Shown here piece by piece: positions 20,827 through 29,406 of a stretch of DNA of 64,000 nucleotides. The notes under the pieces are model-generated. The model was not told the origin of the DNA and did not search any database. It saw only the letters and a program-made list of their open reading frames with translations. The stretch lies in the NCBI GenBank assembly GCA_029560465.1, contig JAKQKX010000102.1:4601-68600 (forward strand), written 5' to 3'. The stretch's first letter is position 1. Each line of letters starts with the position of its first letter. Origin of the DNA: Candidatus Omnitrophota bacterium. Its GTDB lineage: Bacteria; Omnitrophota; Gorgyraeia; Zapsychrales; JANLHA01. Position numbers and translations under genes: made by a program.

Positions 20827-21121
20827 GTTTATACGGCCGCTGTTTATTCTTCAAAGATTTTTTTACGATCTCCTGCTCGATATCAATCTTGAAACCCCCG
20901 CAAAGATCCAGAAGCCGGATAAAAGTGTCGGCGATCTCTTCCCGAAAATTTTCGTCATTCTGCGTCCGGTAGGCTTCCATGGCCTCCGCCAATTCGGTCA
21001 CGACCAGCATCAGCGCCTCACCGATATTCCTTTCTTGGTCCCAGAACCCTTTCTCCCTGGCGATCCCGTGACAAATATCCGCCCATTCATTCATTGTTTT
21101 TTTATCTGTCGTGATAGTCAC
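20810..21121 (-). CDS. Small MazG-like nucleoside triphosphate pyrophosphohydrolase
   Basis: 103 aa all-alpha protein with the EExxE-type metal-binding motif (VTELAEAMEAYR...EEIADTFIRLLDL). Confidence 0.65.
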   Translation of the reverse strand: MTITTDKKTMNEWADICHGIAREKGFWDQERNIGEALMLVVTELAEAMEAYRTQNDENFREEIADTFIRLLDLCGGFKIDIEQEIVKKSLKNKQRPYKHGKIC

Positions 21122-21124
21122 CCC

Positions 21125-21841
21125 TTACCTCCTTCTTCGTTCCTGCGTGGGGACACGTTGATATTGCTTTAAGAAAGCCCGCATGTCGTCCGGCAACGGG
21201 GCCTCGTTCCTGATTGTCTGATGCAAAACGGGATGTCTCCAAGAGAGAGCGCCGGCGTGCAGGGCACACCGCCGGAAATGCACCGGCAAGTCTTTGCGGA
21301 AAGCATACACCCGTTCTCCCAAAAGCGGATGCCCGATGTCCCGGAAATGGATACGGATCTGGTTCTTGCGTCCGGTTTCCGGGATGACGTCCACCACGGA
21401 AAACAAAGGATATTCCGCGCGGACCTTGTAATGAGTCACCGCGCTTTTTTTCGTGTTTTGCCCGGATAAATTCTTGTAACGGTCGTCAATAACCCGCCGG
21501 ATCGTGCCTTGACGCGGGGAGATCCGCCCCCCGACAAAAGCGACATATGATTTTGTCACCTCTTTGCGGCGAAACGCGTCCATCATCGCCTTTTGGTTGA
21601 CCTTGCCTCGGGCAAAAAGGATAACCCCCGATGTTTCCCGGTCAAGACGGTGGCAGGGATACAATTTGCGCTGATCGCGTCCTTGAGGATCCTTATCTTT
21701 AAAACACTCCGCCCAAAACGGGCGGGTGTTAACCAACTCTATCATTGACTTTTTCCCCTGTCCCGGAGAAGGGATGACCAAGAGGCCGGCGGGTTTATTG
21801 AACACCACATAATCATCGTCCTGATACACAATTTCAATCAT
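21125..21841 (-). CDS. RluA-family pseudouridine synthase
   Basis: Catalytic HRLDRETSGVILFA motif; 238 aa. Confidence 0.85.
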   Translation of the reverse strand: MIEIVYQDDDYVVFNKPAGLLVIPSPGQGKKSMIELVNTRPFWAECFKDKDPQGRDQRKLYPCHRLDRETSGVILFARGKVNQKAMMDAFRRKEVTKSYVAFVGGRISPRQGTIRRVIDDRYKNLSGQNTKKSAVTHYKVRAEYPLFSVVDVIPETGRKNQIRIHFRDIGHPLLGERVYAFRKDLPVHFRRCALHAGALSWRHPVLHQTIRNEAPLPDDMRAFLKQYQRVPTQERRRR

Positions 21842-21895
21842 GGCAAAAACGGTTCACGGCGGGGTTAGAAGAAAGGAGAAACTGGAAACAGCGCC

Positions 21896-22063
21896 TCACG
21901 CCGACCCGCTGTCCTGCTCATTCTCCACGTACAGGCCTTCCAGGAGATCGGTCATATAATTGAGCTTTTTAAGGACAAGCACCGGAAACACCACAAAAAT
22001 CCATATCTGCAACAGCATGGCAAACATCAATTGCCCGGGCGAAAGATTTAATATATTTTCCAT
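21896..22063 (-). CDS. Possible small membrane protein (55 aa)
   Basis: ORF not in the supplied track (under 60 aa); GGAG 8 nt upstream of the ATG; one predicted TM helix (LMFAMLLQIWIFVVFPVLVL). Confidence 0.3.
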   Translation of the reverse strand: MENILNLSPGQLMFAMLLQIWIFVVFPVLVLKKLNYMTDLLEGLYVENEQDSGSA

Positions 22064-22119
22064 ACACAAACTCCAGGGATAAAAAACCGTTCAGCGGCTA
22101 ACGACGGGTGCCCCTCCGG

Positions 22120-22509
22120 CTACCGGCCATCGGACGATTCCGTCTCTTTCTCCAGGGTGGTTTCAATAAAATCGGCGATACTTTCCGCGTCACGGCTTTT
22201 GATTTCGTTAAAATAAATCGCCACGTTAAAAATATCCGTGCCCGGCACAGACTCCGTCCGCACAATAACGCCCTGACAAGAAATCTTCTTCGTCTGCGTC
22301 TTCCCGTCTTTCTTGCAGGAAAGCAAAAGATGGATATTCAACTTGGTCATGGGCTCTATGTACTTATCAACCTGACAATAGACCCCGGCACGGCTCAAGT
22401 TTTTAGTTTCCGTCACGACATCAAAATCATCGCTGTAAATCTTGACAGGGATATTCCCCTGTGTCCGGGGATACTTCCTGCGGTCCATCCCGCTGAATTG
22501 GTGACTCAC
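22120..22509 (-). CDS. PilZ-domain protein (c-di-GMP receptor)
   Basis: RxxxR (DRRKYPR) and D/NxSxxG (NLSRAGV) PilZ signature motifs; 129 aa. Confidence 0.75.
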   Translation of the reverse strand: MSHQFSGMDRRKYPRTQGNIPVKIYSDDFDVVTETKNLSRAGVYCQVDKYIEPMTKLNIHLLLSCKKDGKTQTKKISCQGVIVRTESVPGTDIFNVAIYFNEIKSRDAESIADFIETTLEKETESSDGR

Positions 22510-22548
22510 AGTTCCTCCTTAAAGCGAAGGGGCGAACGCCCGACGCGC

Positions 22549-22702
22549 TACTCTGCCGGCTGCGCGCCAGCCGCTGCCTTGGCTTTTTTCCAACAATTTT
22601 GATTGCAGTAATATTTACCGTTCCGGTAATATCGTTTTGCTCTGACAACGGCTTTCTTGCAACCCGCGCAATTTTTCAAAGCTTCATCTTGATCAGCCAT
22701 AA
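22549..22702 (-). CDS. Possible small zinc-ribbon protein (51 aa, CxxC...CxxxC)
   Basis: ORF not in the track; AAGGAG about 10 nt upstream of the ATG; translation MADQDEALKNCAGCKKAVVRAKRYYRNGKYYCNQNCWKKAKAAAGAQPAE. Confidence 0.4.
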
Positions 22703-22740
22703 CGTCTTTCAGCTCCTTTCCATAGAATTGATCACAACAC

Positions 22741-23121
22741 TCACAAAGACTTCCTTTGAGGATACAAATATTTCATGAGATACCGGTGCAGGAGCCTTTG
22801 ACCATGAATATTTTGCGGGGTCTTGGCGAATTCCAGCCCCAAATTATATTGCTCCGAATGCGGCAATTTCTGAACCCACACGACACGGGCGATCAATGTC
22901 ACCGACTGGTCGTGATCGATGGAAAACTCCACCGACAAATCGGTGTTAAGCGGGATAAAACTATAAGCGCGGAACCGCAGCCCCCCTTCGCTTAAATCCC
23001 AACTCAGGCACCCCCCGAAAGAGGGAAGCGGAACACCGTGTCCCGCAGGCCCGCCCGGCAAGACATGAAATTCTATCGCCTCTCGAAAGACGATGCGTTT
23101 GTATCTTCTTTTTTCGAACAC
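22741..23121 (-). CDS. PilZ-domain protein (c-di-GMP receptor)
   Basis: RxxxR (EKRRYKR) and DxSxxG (DLSEGGL) motifs; 126 aa. Confidence 0.75.
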   Translation of the reverse strand: MFEKRRYKRIVFREAIEFHVLPGGPAGHGVPLPSFGGCLSWDLSEGGLRFRAYSFIPLNTDLSVEFSIDHDQSVTLIARVVWVQKLPHSEQYNLGLEFAKTPQNIHGQRLLHRYLMKYLYPQRKSL

Positions 23122-23156
23122 TAATCGTATATATCTTCTGGTTTTTCTTTTGGTGA

Positions 23157-23184
23157 ATTATAACATAGAATACTCTGCTGACAA
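23157..23184 (-). promoter_or_regulatory. Strong sigma70-like promoter for the PilZ operon (-35 TTGTCA, 16-nt spacer, -10 TATAAT)
   Basis: Consensus hexamers read on the minus strand about 35 nt upstream of the 22741..23121 start. Confidence 0.5.
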
Positions 23185-23311
23185 TTGTTTTTTTCTGCTT
23201 CCCCTCTGCTTGACAGCCGGCTCACACCCCGGATACCCCCGCCGCGTTTCATAGAAACAGGACATTCATAACTATAAGCGATACAATGAGCTAATATTCA
23301 TCAATTCCTCG

Positions 23312-23340
23312 TTTACCTCATTTATCCAGCATGATATAAT
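23312..23340 (+). promoter_or_regulatory. Putative promoter for the exeA-like gene with TATAAT only 7 nt before the ATG (possible leaderless mRNA)
   Basis: -10 TATAAT at 23335-23340, -35-like TTTACC 17 nt upstream; no Shine-Dalgarno between -10 and ATG. Confidence 0.35.
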
Positions 23341-23347
23341 TGAGCCC

Positions 23348-24160
23348 ATGTATACAGAATTTTATGGTTTAAAAGACTTCCCTTTCAACATGACTTCTGA
23401 TCCGGAATATTTCTTCAGCAGTTCCCGGCATATGGATGCCTTCTCCCACTTGGTGTACGGCGTGCACCAACGCAAAGGGATTATGGTCGTAACCGGGGAG
23501 ATCGGCACGGGGAAAACGACCCTCTGCCGGACTCTGCTCAGCCGGATGGACAACAATGTCCGCACCGCGCTGATCTTAAACCCTTCTTTTTCCGAAATCC
23601 AACTGCTGCAGCTGATCCTAAAAGATCTCGGAATCAGGGGAGAGCATAAAAACAAACTCGCCCTGATCGACGCCTTGAACGCTTTTCTGATCGAGGAAAA
23701 CGAGCTCGGCCGCAACGTGGTCATCATCATCGACGAAGCCCAGAATCTTAAGCCCAGCCAGCTGGAACAAATCCGGTTGCTGTCCAACATCGAAACCGAG
23801 AAATACAAATTATTGCAAATCATCCTCGTCGGGCAGCCGGAATTGCTGGACAAGCTCAAACTGCCCTCCCTCCGGCAGCTGAACCAAAGGGTCGCGGTCC
23901 GCTACCACATCCTGCCCCTGGAGAAGGAAGAGCTGCGCCATTACCTTTCCTTCCGCCTGACAGTCGCCAGGGGTGAAAACAGCGGAACGCAGCCGGTTCA
24001 ATTCACCGATAAAGCCATCGACGCGATTCATCTCATAACCAAAGGCACGCCCAGGGTCATTAACATGCTCTGTGACCGGGCCTTGTTAGCCGGCTTTGTG
24101 CAGGAAACATTTTCTATTGACGAAAAAATCATTTATAAATGCGCCAGAGAGGTAACCTAA
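23348..24160 (+). CDS. ExeA/GspA/MshM-like AAA ATPase (pilus or secretion assembly family), soluble form without TM or peptidoglycan-binding domain
   Basis: Walker A GEIGTGKTTLCRTL, Walker B VIIIDEAQNL, typical ExeA N-terminal FGLKDFPF; 270 aa. Confidence 0.8.
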   Translation: MYTEFYGLKDFPFNMTSDPEYFFSSSRHMDAFSHLVYGVHQRKGIMVVTGEIGTGKTTLCRTLLSRMDNNVRTALILNPSFSEIQLLQLILKDLGIRGEHKNKLALIDALNAFLIEENELGRNVVIIIDEAQNLKPSQLEQIRLLSNIETEKYKLLQIILVGQPELLDKLKLPSLRQLNQRVAVRYHILPLEKEELRHYLSFRLTVARGENSGTQPVQFTDKAIDAIHLITKGTPRVINMLCDRALLAGFVQETFSIDEKIIYKCAREVT

Positions 24161-24162
24161 CC

Positions 24163-24729
24163 ATGAGCATTATCAATGACGCCTTGAAGAAAACCCAACA
24201 AAACATGAACCCCGACGGAAGTGCTGTGGCGGCTCAGCAAGGGGCTTCCGGAGTCCCCCAGGAATCGTCCCCGAAACTGGGCGATGAACGTTTTGCCAAG
24301 CCGCCTGCGGCAAAAAGCAGCGGCCCAACCACGCCGCCGGCCGGAAAACAGCCGGCACCCCCCCCAAAAAAAACGCCTAAAAACCCGCCCCTCAAAAACC
24401 CGAAAAGACGGGTTCCCCTGCTTGGGACAGGGCTTGCGGCCGTGATCCTTCTGGCGCTTGCCGCCGGTTTATTAAAATTCTGGAACCAATGGCCCTTCGC
24501 TTCAGAGCCCCGCAAGGCATCTTCCTCGCCCAAGCATGAATCCCCCGACGGGTTGTATGTTTCCGGGATCATGACAACAGGGGACAAACGCGTGGCGCTC
24601 ATCAATAATGAGATTTATGAACTGGGGGATATCGTCAACGGGATGCGCATCGTGGAAATCGAGAAGGACAAAGTCCACCTCTCTTACGGGGATCAGCAAA
24701 CCAAAATTCTTAAAGTATACGGAAATTAA
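24163..24729 (+). CDS. GspB/MshN-like partner protein (single TM, Pro/Lys-rich linker, C-terminal periplasmic domain)
   Basis: N-terminal MSIINDALKK motif characteristic of GspB-like partners of ExeA ATPases; TM LLGTGLAAVILLALAAGLL; start codon follows GAGGT. Confidence 0.5.
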   Translation: MSIINDALKKTQQNMNPDGSAVAAQQGASGVPQESSPKLGDERFAKPPAAKSSGPTTPPAGKQPAPPPKKTPKNPPLKNPKRRVPLLGTGLAAVILLALAAGLLKFWNQWPFASEPRKASSSPKHESPDGLYVSGIMTTGDKRVALINNEIYELGDIVNGMRIVEIEKDKVHLSYGDQQTKILKVYGN

Positions 24730-24752
24730 AAAACCGCAATCCGGCGGGATTG

Positions 24753-25838
24753 TCACATCACATCTTTAATGGCCGCCTCGATTTCCTTGGAATCCACGCC
24801 TTCCGTCACTTTCACGCTTCCGATCCCAGTCAAGAGGACGAACCGGTTTTTCTTCCCAGAGAACTTCTTGTCGTGTTCCATATACTTCATGATATCGCTT
24901 AAGGCCACATACTTGATGCGTTCAGGAAGCCCGGCAGCTGTGATAAGGGCGTTCAATTTTTCGACGCTGTTTGGCCCGATAAATCCCAGGCGGACGGAAA
25001 GCCCCGCAGCGACCCTCATCCCCAGGGCCACGGCTTCCCCATGCTGATAATCTTTGTATCGGTTTGCTGTTTCGATGGCATGGCCAATGGTGTGCCCAAA
25101 ATTAAGGATCGTCCTCATCCCTTTGATCTCACGTTCATCCTTCATGACAATCTTGGCTTTAATGCGGCTGCAGTTGGCGACCACTTCCTGCAAGGCCTTC
25201 GCGTCGAGCGCCAATAATTTATCAACATTATTGTAAACATACTCAAAAAAATTGCGGTCGCAAATCGCCCCGTATTTAATGACTTCCGCCAGCCCGTTGC
25301 GTATCTGCCTCTGGTCCAACGTCGAAAGAAGGGCCGCGTCGCTAAAGACCAGCCTGGGTTGATAAAAAGCGCCGACCAGGTTCTTCCCCGAAGGCAGGTC
25401 AATCGCCACCTTTCCGCCGATGGCGGAATCGATCTGCGCCAAGAAAGTTGTCGGGACCTGTGCATAAGGGATGCCCCGCCGGTAAGCCGCGGCGACATAC
25501 CCCGCCAAATCCCCGATCACCCCGCCGCCGAAAGCCAGGATAAAGATTTTCCTCTTCACGTTATAGCCGGCGACCTGTTCGATCAAGTTAAACGCCTGGA
25601 CCGCCGACTTGCTTTCTTCGCCGTCCGGGACTTCCAAAAATTTCGTCGTAAACCCGCCCTTCTTCAGCGACGCGCTCAGAGCTTTGCCATGCAGTTGCCG
25701 GACAACCGGATTGCTAATAATCACGGCATCGTCCCCGAGACCGAGGGATTTCAGCCGCGCGCCCAGTTCCGGCAAACATTTATGCCCGATCAGGATCTCA
25801 TAACTATTCTCGCCCAGATCAACCTTAATATTGATCAT
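24753..25838 (-). CDS. aroB: 3-dehydroquinate synthase
   Basis: GGGVIGDLAGYVAA and metal/NAD-binding motifs; 361 aa. Confidence 0.9.
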   Translation of the reverse strand: MINIKVDLGENSYEILIGHKCLPELGARLKSLGLGDDAVIISNPVVRQLHGKALSASLKKGGFTTKFLEVPDGEESKSAVQAFNLIEQVAGYNVKRKIFILAFGGGVIGDLAGYVAAAYRRGIPYAQVPTTFLAQIDSAIGGKVAIDLPSGKNLVGAFYQPRLVFSDAALLSTLDQRQIRNGLAEVIKYGAICDRNFFEYVYNNVDKLLALDAKALQEVVANCSRIKAKIVMKDEREIKGMRTILNFGHTIGHAIETANRYKDYQHGEAVALGMRVAAGLSVRLGFIGPNSVEKLNALITAAGLPERIKYVALSDIMKYMEHDKKFSGKKNRFVLLTGIGSVKVTEGVDSKEIEAAIKDVM

Positions 25839-25869
25839 GACGTCTCCCTCCCTGTTTTACCCGGCCGCG

Positions 25870-26478
25870 TTAAATAGCGGACACATTCACTCCCAGTTTC
25901 AGGCCCCAGCGCACCACCCCCGCCCAAAGAAAGTCGAGCAGCCCTAAATTAAGGCCAGCGAAAACTATCAGAAGCCCGATGGGCTCAAGCTGGGCATATC
26001 GCCTCATCCACCGCATCGGCAGCAACCCCATCACGATCCGCGACCCGTCTAAAGGGGGGACCGGGACCAAGTTAAAAGCCGCCAGAAGCAAATTCAGAAG
26101 GATCACAACACTCAACAAATCCCTGAAAAAAGGACCGGGGGCAAACCGCAACAACACGCTGGATAAAAGCGCGATGCCAATATTTGCGGCCGGCCCGGCC
26201 AAAGCGACCCACAGCATGTCCCTTTTGGGAACCCGTAAGTTAGAAAAATTAACCGGGACCGGTTTGGCCCAACCGATGGGGGAAAATCCCATAAGTTTCA
26301 AGAGTGCTGGGACAAGAAACGTCCCTAGCGGGTCAATATGCTTTAACGGGTTCAATGTCAGGCGGCCGGCCATGCGGGCCGTCGGATCACCCAATAAATA
26401 AGCCGCCCAGCCATGAGCGATCTCATGCAAGACGACCGACACAAACACAATAATGACTAACAGGATAATATCACCCAT
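25870..26478 (-). CDS. Site-2 protease-family (M50) zinc metalloprotease, membrane
   Basis: HEIAHG (HExxH) in the first TM segment; polytopic 202 aa. Confidence 0.7.
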   Translation of the reverse strand: MGDIILLVIIVFVSVVLHEIAHGWAAYLLGDPTARMAGRLTLNPLKHIDPLGTFLVPALLKLMGFSPIGWAKPVPVNFSNLRVPKRDMLWVALAGPAANIGIALLSSVLLRFAPGPFFRDLLSVVILLNLLLAAFNLVPVPPLDGSRIVMGLLPMRWMRRYAQLEPIGLLIVFAGLNLGLLDFLWAGVVRWGLKLGVNVSAI

Positions 26479-26510
26479 GAGGAAGACGGGAGCCCAGCCC
26501 TTTCAGGGCC

Positions 26511-27443
26511 TTAGAGCACATAGCTGATTCGGTTGACAAAAATAACCGGATGAGGCGTATTCATCTCGGGGAGAACAACACCCTCCACGCTGACCTTGTT
26601 GTGAAGGAAAATATCGAACAAACGGCGATAGCCCTTCAGATAATAGGATTGATTGTTTTCCATGACAACGCTGTGACGGATATCCGCCGAGAGGGATTCC
26701 TGGTTGATATCAATAATAATGCCCTGAACCGATATCCAATTGGGATCTTTTTGTGAAACAGGCTCTTCCTCTCCGGCCGCCTGCGCCTCTTGCTGCGCGG
26801 CCTCCTGGGCCATGCGTTTTTTCACGTAAATATTTTTTGTCGGCAGGCGAACCACCCGCGCCGGGGGAATCGGAAAATCGGTCCTCTTGATATATTCGGC
26901 CGAAACCCAGCCGTAACTCTCATCAATAGGCTCAATTTTGACCCACTGCATGTCCGGCTGTTCAAGCACCCGGACCAAAGATTCTTTCTCGACCTGGCCC
27001 AGGATCGCCGCCTCAATGCGGGGCTGGGCCCGGATATTCACCCGGTCGCCCAAAACCTCAGCAATCCCTTCGCCGAGCATCTTCACGTATTTCGCGCTGA
27101 CATAACTGTCCGCATTCTCGGGGAGCTTGATTTTATACCAGTCATAATCCTTGGCCACCACAACGACCTTTTCCCCGCTTATCAGCTTCCCGATCTTTTC
27201 AAAATTGGTGTTCTGTCCGGCCCGGATATTAAGATAATTTTGAGTGCTGATCTCTCCCACAAACGGGAAGGATTGGGTTTCTTGCGCGGACAGAATCCCG
27301 GGGGCCAAAATCAGCGACACCAAAACAGCGACGATAGACACCACTGGCCTCAGAGGCAAAAAGGCCCCTCGTCCCCGGGTCGAAAGCGGCCCCAGGAATC
27401 CAAGCGTACGCCCAGCAAAAATTTTACTTCTTCGCGGGTCCAC
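26511..27443 (-). CDS. Secreted protein with two bacterial SH3 (SH3b) domains
   Basis: Signal peptide, then two repeats of the YLNIRAGQ.../RVNIRAQP... SH3b-type motif. Confidence 0.6.
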   Translation of the reverse strand: MDPRRSKIFAGRTLGFLGPLSTRGRGAFLPLRPVVSIVAVLVSLILAPGILSAQETQSFPFVGEISTQNYLNIRAGQNTNFEKIGKLISGEKVVVVAKDYDWYKIKLPENADSYVSAKYVKMLGEGIAEVLGDRVNIRAQPRIEAAILGQVEKESLVRVLEQPDMQWVKIEPIDESYGWVSAEYIKRTDFPIPPARVVRLPTKNIYVKKRMAQEAAQQEAQAAGEEEPVSQKDPNWISVQGIIIDINQESLSADIRHSVVMENNQSYYLKGYRRLFDIFLHNKVSVEGVVLPEMNTPHPVIFVNRISYVL

Positions 27444-27645
27444 TGGCGGCTGTTTCTTCTTCTTTCTTGACCTTTGTTTTCTTCGCTTTAACCTTCAAAA
27501 TTTTTGTTTTCGGCAGGGCCACCACGTTCTGCCCTTCTTTCCACAGGTCTTTCTTCATAAGATCTTTAATGCGTTCGAGGCGGGTTAAAACCGTACGCTG
27601 TTGAGCGCCGGCCGTGTCGACACGCAAGGATGAATGTAATGACAT
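27424..27645 (-). CDS. Small basic lysine-rich protein of unknown function
   Basis: About 73 aa with a KVKAKKTKVKKEEE tail; start set at MSLHSS (ORF extends to 27669); family not recognised. Confidence 0.45.
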   Translation of the reverse strand: MSLHSSLRVDTAGAQQRTVLTRLERIKDLMKKDLWKEGQNVVALPKTKILKVKAKKTKVKKEEETAASGPAKK

Positions 27646-27647
27646 GG

Positions 27648-28277
27648 TTATAATCTCCTTATTAGACAATCTTTATATTTCTTCTTTAATTCCTGCGACA
27701 CCACCTTGGCTTCTTCTTCAACAGGAAATTTGCCTACGCAAACAATGGAATATTGTCCCTTGGGGACCACCATAATATCGTAGCCTTTGTCCTGTAATTG
27801 CATCGCCTCCTTTTGCGCCATGGCTCTTTTTTTAAAAGATGCTACCTGAATAGTATAGAACTTGTCAACAACTTTTTCTTCCTCCCCTTTCGGGCTGTCT
27901 GAGGCCCCGGGCACAGGCGCCCCCTCGTCTACACGCGCCAACGGAGCAGGCGCTGGGGAATCCCCAGCTATCTTGTTATCAATATTAGCTTTAGCTTCTT
28001 CATGGACCGGGGACGACGGCGACAGGGCTTCCAGCGTTGGCCGCTGCGGATAAAGCATCCTTAGGATCGAAGATTTACTGATCCTTTTCCCTTTCTCCAT
28101 CCCCAGGGAAAAAGACATCACCATGATGACCACCACCGCCATCATCAAAATCGTGATACTTTCAATCGAAAGGCTCAGCTTCCCGACAAAAAATGTCCGA
28201 TGTTCCGCATGAACCGGCGCATCCTTGTCCTTTGGAAAAAGTTCAAACTGAGTTGGTTTCCTTTGAAAAGTAGACAT
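27648..28277 (-). CDS. SPOR-domain protein (single TM, Pro/Ala-rich linker, C-terminal septal peptidoglycan-binding domain)
   Basis: C-terminal SPOR fold signature YTIQVASFKKRAMAQKEAMQLQDKGYDIMVV...YSIVCVGKF. Confidence 0.7.
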   Translation of the reverse strand: MSTFQRKPTQFELFPKDKDAPVHAEHRTFFVGKLSLSIESITILMMAVVVIMVMSFSLGMEKGKRISKSSILRMLYPQRPTLEALSPSSPVHEEAKANIDNKIAGDSPAPAPLARVDEGAPVPGASDSPKGEEEKVVDKFYTIQVASFKKRAMAQKEAMQLQDKGYDIMVVPKGQYSIVCVGKFPVEEEAKVVSQELKKKYKDCLIRRL

Positions 28278-28291
28278 AGATTATTATTATC

Positions 28292-29386
28292 TTATCTCTT
28301 AATATTACTCAAGTAATCTCTAAATTTTTTTCGTTTATAAAGCTGGGTAAAAACACGGACGACTTTCGGATCAAACTGGGTGCCGCTGTGCAGTTGGATT
28401 TCTTTGACGGCCGTTGTCATGTTAAGTTTTTCCCGGTAAGGCCGGCCGCAAACCATGGCTTCAAAAGCGTCCACGACCGCCATGATCCTGGCCCCGATCG
28501 GGATCTGCTCCTTTTTCAGCCCGGAAGGATATCCCGTGCCGTCGTACTTTTCATGGTGATACAACACCAGCGGCAGAACCGGGCCCAGAAACTCAACCGG
28601 CCGGATTAGTTCCGCGCTTTTATTGGGAAGCTCCCGGATCACGTTAAACTCTTCCGGCGTCAAATGGCTCGTTTTTGAAAGGATATCATACGGCACATCA
28701 ATCGCACCCGCATCATGAAGAACACTTGCGTAATAAAGGCAGTCAATTCCTTCCTGCCCGATATTGAGCATTTCCGCGATGGATTTTGCGATATAAAAAT
28801 AAACCGGAGTGTGCGGGCCGGTGCGGCGGCCTTGTTTCTCAAGCAATTTATCAATCAGCTTAATACTTCCCAGGATAATTTTTTGTTGCTGTTCATAAAG
28901 CTGCAGGTTCTTGATCGCGGTGACCGACTGCTCGGCGAAAACCGACAACATCTCCCGGTCAAACTCGGTGAACGGGGGTTCCCCTCCGCCCCGCCGGATA
29001 AAAATGGCGCCGATATTCTCGTCGGCAACCATCGGGAGCCCCAGGAGCCTTTTCTCGCGGATCGCGTACCCCTCGGTGACCTTGATCTCCTTTTGAGGGA
29101 TTGATTCAAGCTCACTTTTTTTATCGAGCAAAATATTGATCTTGTTATCAAATATCGCCACCAGCACAATTTTCTTTTTATCCGGGTCCAGGAGGATCAC
29201 CCGCGCGGACTTTCCCCGGATGAACTGGCACAAAAGCCGGGTAAGGCGCAGGGACAGTTCCTTGACGTTATAAGTCGAATTCACCAGGCGGTAAACCATG
29301 TGGACCGCCGACAGGACGCGCTTGCAGCGCTCATTGTTGCTGATCACGTAGGTGTTCTGAAAGTAATGTTTTTTGTCTTTGGCCAT
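28292..29386 (-). CDS. GAF-domain HD-GYP c-di-GMP phosphodiesterase
   Basis: HD...HHEKYDGTGYP (HD-GYP signature) preceded by a GAF-like N-terminal domain; 364 aa. Confidence 0.8.
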   Translation of the reverse strand: MAKDKKHYFQNTYVISNNERCKRVLSAVHMVYRLVNSTYNVKELSLRLTRLLCQFIRGKSARVILLDPDKKKIVLVAIFDNKINILLDKKSELESIPQKEIKVTEGYAIREKRLLGLPMVADENIGAIFIRRGGGEPPFTEFDREMLSVFAEQSVTAIKNLQLYEQQQKIILGSIKLIDKLLEKQGRRTGPHTPVYFYIAKSIAEMLNIGQEGIDCLYYASVLHDAGAIDVPYDILSKTSHLTPEEFNVIRELPNKSAELIRPVEFLGPVLPLVLYHHEKYDGTGYPSGLKKEQIPIGARIMAVVDAFEAMVCGRPYREKLNMTTAVKEIQLHSGTQFDPKVVRVFTQLYKRKKFRDYLSNIKR

Positions 29387-29406
29387 GACGGGTTCTTCCC
29401 GGAGCC

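Noticed and set aside
24173-24605. Minus-strand ORFs (24173..24367, 24234..24605) opposite the GspB-like gene
   Set aside because: Overlap the Pro/Lys-rich linker of the plus-strand gene, whose N-terminal MSIINDALKK motif and TM segment support the plus-strand reading.
26790-27470. 226-aa plus-strand ORF opposite the SH3b protein
   Set aside because: No recognisable domain; overlaps a signal-peptide-bearing minus-strand gene in the otherwise uniformly oriented operon.
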